A stretch of 64,000 bases of DNA from Vicinamibacterales bacterium (GTDB lineage Bacteria; Acidobacteriota; Vicinamibacteria; Vicinamibacterales; 2-12-FULL-66-21). Of the stretch, positions 43,314-50,386 are shown piece by piece (the first letter of the stretch is position 1; every line of letters begins with the position of its first letter). The notes below the pieces were generated by a model. That model was given only the letters and a program-made list of their open reading frames with translations. It was not told where the DNA came from and did no database searches. The stretch is from the NCBI GenBank assembly GCA_035699745.1, contig DASSPH010000069.1, positions 232,549 through 296,548 of the forward strand, in the 5' to 3' direction. Position numbers and translations under genes: made by a program.

Positions 43314-45698
43314 ATGGTGCTTCACACGCTGCGCATGGCGATGCGCGCCCTTCGACGTCGGCCGGGGTTCAGCGCGGTCGCGGTCGCGACGATCGCACTC
43401 GGCGCCGGGACCAATGCGGCGGTCGGGTCCGCCGCTTACGGCATCCTGCTCAAGCCGCTGCCGTTCGCCGAACCGGATCGCGTCGTGGCGGTATGGCCGG
43501 GCCGGTTCATGTCCCAGGTCGATCTGCGGTACCTGCGCGAACGCGCCGCCGGCCTCGACGCGATCGCGGCCGTCGCTCCGGGATGGACGTTCGCGATGAC
43601 CGGGGCCGGCGATCCATCGCGCATCACCGTCGATCGCGTTTCGGGCAATCTGTTCGAACTGCTCGGCGCCCGTCCCTATCTCGGCCGGCTGGTTCGCTCC
43701 GGCGACGAACGTCCCGGCTCGCCGCGCGTGCTCGCGCTGACCTACCGGTTCTGGCGGACGCGCTTCGGCGGCGATCCGGCCGCCGTCGGCCGCACCGTCA
43801 GACTGGACGACGTGCCGCACGAGATCGTGGCGGTGATGCCGCCGGGATTCGAGGTCATGACGCCGCGGACGGACGCGTGGTCGCCGCTCCCTGCCGATCG
43901 CGCCGCCTTCTACGATCGGCTGAACTTCTCGCTGCTGATCGGCCGTCTGGCGGATGGAGTGACGGTGGAGCGGGCGGACGGTGCGTTCAGGGCGCTGATG
44001 CCGGCGATGCGCGCCGACCTGAAGTACCCGGCCAGCTTCGGGCAGACGGCGCGAATCGAGGATCTGCGCGCGGCGACCACCGGCGACGTGCGCGGCTCCG
44101 TGATCGTGCTCGGCGCGGCGGTCGCCTTCATGCTCCTGATCGCCGGCGCCAATCTCGGGACGCTGCTGATTGCCGGCGGGATCTCTCGCGCGCGTGAGTT
44201 CGCCGTCCACGCGGCGCTCGGCGCCTCGCGAGGAGCGCTCGTGCGGCTGCAGGTCGCGGAAGGATTGCTCGTCACCGGCGCCGGCGCCGCCATCGGCGTC
44301 GCGGTGGCCGCCGCCGCGATGCCGGCAGTGGTCCGGCTGCTGCCGCGCGACACACCTCGCATTGGCGAGATCCGCGTGGACGCGGTCGTCGCGGGGGCGA
44401 TCGTCTGCGCCGCGATCGCGGTGGCGATGCTGTGCGCGATCCTGCCGGCGATTGCCGCCGGCCGCCGCCGCTTCGGCACCCTGCTTCGCGAAGGGGCCTC
44501 GAGTGAATCATCCGCCGCACGCCGCGCCCGCGGCGTGATGGTCGCAGTGCAGATCGCGCTCGCGCTGGTGCTGACCATCGGCGCCGGGCTGATGACCCGC
44601 ACCCTGATGCAGCTCAATCGGGTCGACGCCGGAATCGACGTCGACCGGCTGCTCACGCTGCGCGTGCAGCCGGCCGGCGCGCGTTATCGCGAACCGGCCG
44701 CCATCGGGTCCTATTACGATCTGGTGCTCGAACGAATCGGCTCGGTGCCGGGCGTGCAGCGCGCGGGCGCGATCCAGCACCTGCCGTTCAGCGGCATCAA
44801 CTGGGTCGAGGCCTACGAAGTGGAGGGCCAGCCCCTGGGCGCGGCAGAGGCGCGTCCCACCGCGAACGTCAAGCTCGTGCGCGGCGCGTATTTCGAAGCC
44901 GTCGGACAACCGCTGCTCGCAGGACGTGTGTTCGGAGCGATCGACCGCGCGGCAACTCGCGCGGGTGTGATCGTGAACCGCGCGTTCGCGCAGCGGCACT
45001 TCGGCGGCGCCGCGGGGGCGGTCGGCCGGCGCATCCGGACCGGCCGCACCGCGGGACCCTGGACGCCGATCGTCGGCGTGGTCGGCGACGTGCATACCGC
45101 CGCTCTCGACGTGGCGCCCGCGCCGGAGTTCTACAGGTTCGCGGACGGCAGCAACAATCCGGCGCTGATGCTCGCCGTCCGGACGTCGGGCGACCCGCTC
45201 GCCGTCGCCGCGGCGGTGCGGGAAGCTGTGTGGTCGGTCGACCGCGGCGTGCCGATCGCGGAACTGCAGACGATGCGGGCGCTGGTGGGGACCACGCTCG
45301 GCCGTCCGCGGCTCCTCGCCGCGCTCCTGACGGCGTTCGCCGCCGCGGGCCTGGCCCTGGGCGGGATCGGCGTCTACGGCATCGTCCGGTTCGCCGTCAC
45401 CCGGCGGCGGCGCGAGATCGGAATCCGCATGGCCCTCGGCGCCGATCGCGCGTCGGTCGTGCGCCTCATGCTGCGTGAGACGGCGGGCTACGCCGCGGCG
45501 GGCGTGATCGGCGGAACGGCGATCGCGGCGGCATCGAGCCGCGTGCTCGAGGGGCTGCTGTTCGGCGTTGCCGCCACCGATCCGCTGACGTATGGCGCGC
45601 TCGCCGCTGCGGTTGCGGCACTGGTCGCGCTGGCGAGTTACGCGCCCGCACGCCGCGCCGCCGCCATCGCGCCCGCGGAGGCGCTGCGCACTATTTAG
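43314..45698 (+). CDS. ADOP family duplicated permease (MacB-like), no prefix domain
   Basis: Starts MVLHTLRMAMRALRRRPGFSAVAVATIALGAG. Duplicated periplasmic domain plus FtsX architecture. Begins 18 nt after the preceding membrane-protein gene, with GGAGG upstream. Confidence 0.9.
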   Translation: MVLHTLRMAMRALRRRPGFSAVAVATIALGAGTNAAVGSAAYGILLKPLPFAEPDRVVAVWPGRFMSQVDLRYLRERAAGLDAIAAVAPGWTFAMTGAGDPSRITVDRVSGNLFELLGARPYLGRLVRSGDERPGSPRVLALTYRFWRTRFGGDPAAVGRTVRLDDVPHEIVAVMPPGFEVMTPRTDAWSPLPADRAAFYDRLNFSLLIGRLADGVTVERADGAFRALMPAMRADLKYPASFGQTARIEDLRAATTGDVRGSVIVLGAAVAFMLLIAGANLGTLLIAGGISRAREFAVHAALGASRGALVRLQVAEGLLVTGAGAAIGVAVAAAAMPAVVRLLPRDTPRIGEIRVDAVVAGAIVCAAIAVAMLCAILPAIAAGRRRFGTLLREGASSESSAARRARGVMVAVQIALALVLTIGAGLMTRTLMQLNRVDAGIDVDRLLTLRVQPAGARYREPAAIGSYYDLVLERIGSVPGVQRAGAIQHLPFSGINWVEAYEVEGQPLGAAEARPTANVKLVRGAYFEAVGQPLLAGRVFGAIDRAATRAGVIVNRAFAQRHFGGAAGAVGRRIRTGRTAGPWTPIVGVVGDVHTAALDVAPAPEFYRFADGSNNPALMLAVRTSGDPLAVAAAVREAVWSVDRGVPIAELQTMRALVGTTLGRPRLLAALLTAFAAAGLALGGIGVYGIVRFAVTRRRREIGIRMALGADRASVVRLMLRETAGYAAAGVIGGTAIAAASSRVLEGLLFGVAATDPLTYGALAAAVAALVALASYAPARRAAAIAPAEALRTI

Positions 45699-46806
45699 CG
45701 CTGCGAAACGGATAGAGCAGCTGCGTCAGCCAGCGGGACGGCACTTTGCGGCCGCCGGCGAGCCCGTAGGCCGACGGCCAGCGGTCCGGCAGGTAGTAGG
45801 TGCCGAACAGCAGATCCCAGAGCGGCGTGTGCACGGCGAAGTTCCTGTCGATCGCTTCGCGCTCGGCCGCGTGATGCCAGTGATGGAACGCGGGGGTGGC
45901 GATCAGCCGGCGGATCGGGCGGAACTCCCAGCGTACGTTGGCGTGGATGAAGGTCGCCTGCACGGCGACCAGGAAGACGTAGATCATCAGCGCCCGCTCC
46001 GAGAACTCGAGCAGGAAGATGGGCACGTAGGTCAGTCCGCGCGTGACGATCACGTCGACCAGGTGGAGGCGTGACCCGGCCAGCCAGTCCATCTCCTCGA
46101 TCGAGTGGTGAATCGCGTGGAACGGCCACAGCCACGGCACGGTGTGGAACGTGCGGTGCACCCAGTACTGCGTGAAGTCGGCGACGAGCAGCAGCAGCGG
46201 CACCTGAGCGGCCAGCGGCAGCGATCCGAGCAGCCATCCCGGGCGGGCCCAGTCGAACAGGATCAGCGCCGGCTTCAGCGTGAGAATCGTCAGCACCTCG
46301 ATCAGCAGGGAATTGACGAAGAAGTAGGTCAGGTCGACCGGCCACTGCCGCCTGAACACCGGCTGCTCGGCGCGCAGCGCGAACCAGCGCTCCAGCGGCA
46401 CGAACACCGCCGAGTAGAGCAGCAGATTCAGGACGAAGAAGTCCACCCCGAACCAGGCCCGGCCGGACGGATCGGCGCCGGCCGATGCCTGCGATCCGCC
46501 GAGCAGCGCCGCCGCCAGGGTGAAGCCGATCCCGACCAGCGCCAGCGTCTTGTTGGCGCGCAGGAACGCGCTGACGGTGCCGAGGACGAACGCCGCGACC
46601 AGCGTGACGTGCACCACGGCGCGGACGTACGGCATCACGTAGAGCGGCCGCAGGTCGGCGAACGTCAGGTACTCGGGAAAACGCAGGCACAGCACGGCGC
46701 CGAAGCCGGCGATTCCCAGAATGGCGGACAGCAGGCCGCTGGTGAATCCTGTCCCGAGCCCGGTCGGCTCAGTCGTGTGCAGCGAAAGATGGGATCCCGC
46801 GGCCAT
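45691..46806 (-). CDS. fatty acid hydroxylase superfamily protein (sterol-desaturase/AGMO-like) with extra N-terminal TM helices
   Basis: His boxes HRTFH, HAIHH and HHWHH. About 150 aa of N-terminal TM region precede the hydroxylase domain. Overlaps the end of the upstream CarF-like gene by 38 nt. Confidence 0.85.
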   Translation of the reverse strand: MAAGSHLSLHTTEPTGLGTGFTSGLLSAILGIAGFGAVLCLRFPEYLTFADLRPLYVMPYVRAVVHVTLVAAFVLGTVSAFLRANKTLALVGIGFTLAAALLGGSQASAGADPSGRAWFGVDFFVLNLLLYSAVFVPLERWFALRAEQPVFRRQWPVDLTYFFVNSLLIEVLTILTLKPALILFDWARPGWLLGSLPLAAQVPLLLLVADFTQYWVHRTFHTVPWLWPFHAIHHSIEEMDWLAGSRLHLVDVIVTRGLTYVPIFLLEFSERALMIYVFLVAVQATFIHANVRWEFRPIRRLIATPAFHHWHHAAEREAIDRNFAVHTPLWDLLFGTYYLPDRWPSAYGLAGGRKVPSRWLTQLLYPFRSAK

Positions 46807-47530
46807 ACCGTTCTTCGTATCGCTCGTCGTCGTGCCGCGGCCGCGCGCCGGTGACGCGCGTCACGATCCGCTCGAGCGCGCGGAAGAAGCCGATCGCCTC
46901 GAGCGGCCGGTTGCACCAGCCGGTCGTGATGCAGTAGTGCGCGTCGTACGGCCGCGCATGATGCGTCGCGTGCGCGTCTCGGCCGAGGATCAGGCCGGCG
47001 TCCTGCAGCACGCGAACGAGCGCCGGCGGCGACGGCATGTGCGCCCACTGGTGAATCTGATTGGTCATCATGCCGACGCCGCAGAGCGCGAGCCCGAACA
47101 TCGCCAGCGGCACCGCCCACGGCGGATCGAGCGGCATCGCCAGCAGCCCCGTCAGGACGAGGGCGGTGATGAACGCGACGTCGCCGTTGGTGTCGACGAA
47201 CGTCCGGCGCAGAAAGTCGTCCGGGTTGATGTGGTGCACGCGAAAGGGCACCAGCAACCGGTGCCCGATGACCGGCAGGTCGTCGCGTCCCCACGTATCG
47301 GCGCCCCAGTGCACCAGCCCGGAGCCGAGATCCGCGGCGATCACACCGCAGGCGAGCGCCAGCGGCGTCCACCACGGCCACGCTTCATGGCGCAAGCCCA
47401 GGCGGACCGCGAGCGCCGCGAGTCCGGCGAACGCCGCGGCGATGGAGACCGCCGAGAGGGCGAACTGCCCGCGCGTGGTCTCGTAGTGAGCCGGCAGCAC
47501 GTCATCGTCTCCGCCTCGTGCCGGGGTCAT
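46769..47530 (-). CDS. carF: CarF/TMEM189 (PEDS1)-like lipid desaturase family protein
   Basis: 253 aa. Histidine clusters HWGADTWG, FRVHHINPDD, QIHQWAH and HATHHARPYDAHYCITTGWCN match my recollection of the plasmanylethanolamine desaturase family. Confidence 0.78.
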   Translation of the reverse strand: MTPARGGDDDVLPAHYETTRGQFALSAVSIAAAFAGLAALAVRLGLRHEAWPWWTPLALACGVIAADLGSGLVHWGADTWGRDDLPVIGHRLLVPFRVHHINPDDFLRRTFVDTNGDVAFITALVLTGLLAMPLDPPWAVPLAMFGLALCGVGMMTNQIHQWAHMPSPPALVRVLQDAGLILGRDAHATHHARPYDAHYCITTGWCNRPLEAIGFFRALERIVTRVTGARPRHDDERYEERYGRGIPSFAAHD

Positions 47531-47543
47531 CGGGCGAGCAGCG

Positions 47544-49178
47544 CTACCGCAGGGCCGCGGCCGGCGTCGTCGTCTTGCCGCGTTCCTTCTTCTGCTTCTC
47601 GACCATCGCGGCCACCTGCGCGAGGAGCTGCTTCGCGTCGTAGACCACGCCGTCCTTGATCGTGTACTTCACGCCGCCGACGTGCTCCGCCTTTCCCGTC
47701 CTGTCGTTCAGCCGCACGGCGCCGGTGCCGTAGAGGACCTTGAAGTTCTGCAGCGGGTTCTGATCGACGATCACCATGTCGGCGAGCATTCCGGCGCGCA
47801 CGACGCCGAACTCGAGCGGCTTGGCTTGCGGTTCGTGCAGCGTCAGGGCGCCGTTCATCGTCGCCGACTGGATGACCTCGAGCGGATGGAAGCCGGCTTC
47901 CTGCAGCATCTCGAGCTCGTTGACGTAACCGAAGCCGTAGGTCTGGTAAATGAACCCGGAGTCGGACCCGGTGGTGACGCGGCCGCCCATCTTCTTGTAG
48001 TCGTTCATCAGGCGGAACCAGACCTGATAGAAGTTGCGCCAGGCGACTTCGTCTTCGGTGGTCCAGTCGAACCAGTACGAACCGTGCGCTTCGCGGCTCG
48101 GGGCGTAGAAGTCCATCAGCGTGGGCAGGGTGTACCTGTCGTGCCACTCGGCGGCGCGGAAACGCATCACGTCGCGGCCGGCGGAGTAGATCGTCAGCGT
48201 CGGATCGAAGGTCGTGCCCAGCCGGAGGTGCTCGGCCAGATAGGCCTTCCACTCGGGTCCGCCGGGTTCGTGGATCTTGTCCCACAGCCGCGCGACCTGT
48301 CCGAAGCGCATGTACTCGTCGTTCATGTTGTGTTCGACCGGGTACGGCTGGACGACGTAGTCCTTCAGCAGCGATTCGAAGTGGCCGTAGAAGTGGGTCA
48401 CCGTCCCGAGGCCGAGGCGCGCCGCCTTGATCGCGTTCATCTGCGCGACGCCCCCCTGATCGAGATGCGCGGTTGAGCCCATCTGGTTCTTCTTCGCTTC
48501 GTCGAGCAGCGCCGCCATGATGTCGGGCTGCTGGGCGCCGAGCTTCAGGCCGTCGATGCCGTTGGCCTTGGCCCAGCGCACCCATTCGCGCGCCTTTTCC
48601 GGGCTGTCGACCGGTCCGCGATCCCAGCCCGCGCCGGGCCGCTGATAGTTGAAGATGCGCGGCGCAGCGATCTCGTTCCTTGCGCTGCGCGCCTTCTCGG
48701 CGACCGTGAAGGCGTTCGCGGCCAGCGGCACTCCGCGCACGGTCGTGACGCCGTGCGCCAGCCACAGCTTGTAGGCGTACTCCGCCTCGACGTTCTTCGG
48801 CGCGCCTCCAGCATGCACGTGCATGTCGACGAAGCCGGGCATCACATACATGCCGGTACCGTCGATCTCGTGCTCGGGATTCTGCGGCGCGCGGTTGGCG
48901 CGCAGCGGCAGGCCGGGGTTGCCCGCGCTGCGCACCGCGCTGATCCGGTTCCCCTCGACGACGATGTCGACCGGACCGCGGGCGGGAGCGCCGCTTCCGT
49001 CGATCAGCATCGCGCCGCGGATCACCAGCGTCTTGAACGGCCCCTTGCCCTCCGCGCCGCGGCTCGACGCGGGACGGATCGAATCGTCCTGGGCCTGACG
49101 GGCGGGCGTCGCGGCCCGCTGTTGCGCGGCGACGGGAACGCAGAACAGAACTGCGGCGACGAGCGCGAGCTTCTTCAT
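47544..49178 (-). CDS. amidohydrolase family protein, secreted
   Basis: Start at MKKLALVAAVLFCVPVAAQQ. Metal-binding PGFVDMHVH motif. 544 aa. The track ORF to 49973 is an extension. Confidence 0.85.
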   Translation of the reverse strand: MKKLALVAAVLFCVPVAAQQRAATPARQAQDDSIRPASSRGAEGKGPFKTLVIRGAMLIDGSGAPARGPVDIVVEGNRISAVRSAGNPGLPLRANRAPQNPEHEIDGTGMYVMPGFVDMHVHAGGAPKNVEAEYAYKLWLAHGVTTVRGVPLAANAFTVAEKARSARNEIAAPRIFNYQRPGAGWDRGPVDSPEKAREWVRWAKANGIDGLKLGAQQPDIMAALLDEAKKNQMGSTAHLDQGGVAQMNAIKAARLGLGTVTHFYGHFESLLKDYVVQPYPVEHNMNDEYMRFGQVARLWDKIHEPGGPEWKAYLAEHLRLGTTFDPTLTIYSAGRDVMRFRAAEWHDRYTLPTLMDFYAPSREAHGSYWFDWTTEDEVAWRNFYQVWFRLMNDYKKMGGRVTTGSDSGFIYQTYGFGYVNELEMLQEAGFHPLEVIQSATMNGALTLHEPQAKPLEFGVVRAGMLADMVIVDQNPLQNFKVLYGTGAVRLNDRTGKAEHVGGVKYTIKDGVVYDAKQLLAQVAAMVEKQKKERGKTTTPAAALR

Positions 49179-49948
49179 CGTGTCATCCCCCAGACAAGCA
49201 GTGCCACCAGCCAGCCGGCGAGCGCGTCGGCGGCGTAATGATACCTCCCCAGCACCGCTCCCGCAGAGATCGCGGCGGCATTGACGAACATCCAGACCAC
49301 CAGCGGCGCCGGCGCGTCGAGGACGAGCAGCGCCAGCGCGAGCCCCTCCGCGGCGTGGCCGCTCGGAAACGTGTTCACCCGCACGCTGCCCGCCTCGAGC
49401 AGCCGCTCGTTCACCGGACGCCAGGTCGATCGCCAGGGCACCGCGAAGCCCAGCGACCGCGGCGGGCGTGTCTGGAGCCATGGCAGCATGCCGAAGCAGA
49501 TGTAGTCGGTGATGAGGATCGTCGCCCAGAAGCGCTCGGCGGTGACGCCGCTGCCGAGCGCGACGACCAGGGCGACGGGAACGAGAGGATAGACCGCGGC
49601 GTACGCGAATTCGAGCAGCTCGGCGACGGCGCGCGGGCAGCGCGACGCGAGCGGCTGGATTGCGAGCCGGCGATCGAACGCGGCCAGCGCCTGTTCGAGC
49701 CGCGGCATCGGCGCGACGAACAGCTGGCCGCTCGCCCAATAGCCGAGCAGCAGCAGCGCCGGAGGCAGGAGCCACTGGTTGAAGACGCTGTCGCGGGGCA
49801 GGGCCGCCGACACCCAGACGATCCCGGCGCCTGTGGCGGCACCGGCCAGCGCGTCGAGCCGGCGCCTCCGCTCGAGGCCGCGCGGCAGGACGGCGGCGAG
49901 CGCGACGTACCCGAAGAACGCCGCCGACGCGAGCTGCCAGATGGTCAC
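49175..49948 (-). CDS. PAP2 superfamily lipid phosphatase
   Basis: PSGH and RYHYAADALAG motifs, polytopic. ATGA overlap with the amidohydrolase start. Start set at GTG 49948 because the ATG at 50059 would run through the AT-rich PadR promoter. Confidence 0.72.
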   Translation of the reverse strand: MTIWQLASAAFFGYVALAAVLPRGLERRRRLDALAGAATGAGIVWVSAALPRDSVFNQWLLPPALLLLGYWASGQLFVAPMPRLEQALAAFDRRLAIQPLASRCPRAVAELLEFAYAAVYPLVPVALVVALGSGVTAERFWATILITDYICFGMLPWLQTRPPRSLGFAVPWRSTWRPVNERLLEAGSVRVNTFPSGHAAEGLALALLVLDAPAPLVVWMFVNAAAISAGAVLGRYHYAADALAGWLVALLVWGMTR

Positions 49949-50007
49949 GTTCCTGCCAACTTCTATCGCACATTGCGCAGGATGCCCGCCGTCCGGCTCA
50001 CGGTAGT

Positions 50008-50043
50008 TTGACTTCACAGGTATAAACCTGTAGAGATATACGC
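50008..50043 (+). promoter_or_regulatory. predicted promoter and operator of PadR module A
   Basis: TTGACT (50008-13), 17-nt spacer, TAGAGA (50031-36), then GTG start 7 nt later. The perfect palindrome ACAGGT-ATAA-ACCTGT (50016-50031) fills the spacer. Confidence 0.5.
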
Positions 50044-50385
50044 GTGAGCCCCGGCGCACCCGTTCCGCTGCCTCCGCACTGGTTTCAGATCCTGCTCGCG
50101 GTCGCCGACCAGGACCGGCACGGCCTCGGCATCATGACCGACGTGCTCGAGCGCACCGGCGGGGCGATGAAACTGTGGCCCGGGATGCTGTACCGGAACC
50201 TCGGCAAGCTGGTCGAGGACGGGCTGCTCGTCGAAGTCGAGGCGCCCGCCGGCGCCGAGACCGCCGGGGGGCGGCCGCGCTTCTACCGGCTGACCGCGGC
50301 GGGGCGCCGCGCCTGTGCCGCCGAGGCCGAGCGTCTCGCCGGGTTCGTCGAGGCCGCCCGCCGCAAGAAGCTGCTCAAGGCCTGA
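50044..50385 (+). CDS. PadR family transcriptional regulator
   Basis: 113 aa with the winged-helix pattern ILLAVADQDRHGLGIMTDV...LWPGMLYRNLGKLVEDGLL and RFYRLTAAG. Confidence 0.9.
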   Translation: MSPGAPVPLPPHWFQILLAVADQDRHGLGIMTDVLERTGGAMKLWPGMLYRNLGKLVEDGLLVEVEAPAGAETAGGRPRFYRLTAAGRRACAAEAERLAGFVEAARRKKLLKA

Positions 50386-50386
50386 G

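Noticed and set aside
49949-50059. ATG 50059 as the start of the PAP2 gene, which would overlap the PadR start.
   Set aside because: The extra 37 codons run through the AT-rich promoter and palindrome region and have atypical codon composition. GVG-type in-frame GTG 49948 precedes the first TM helix.
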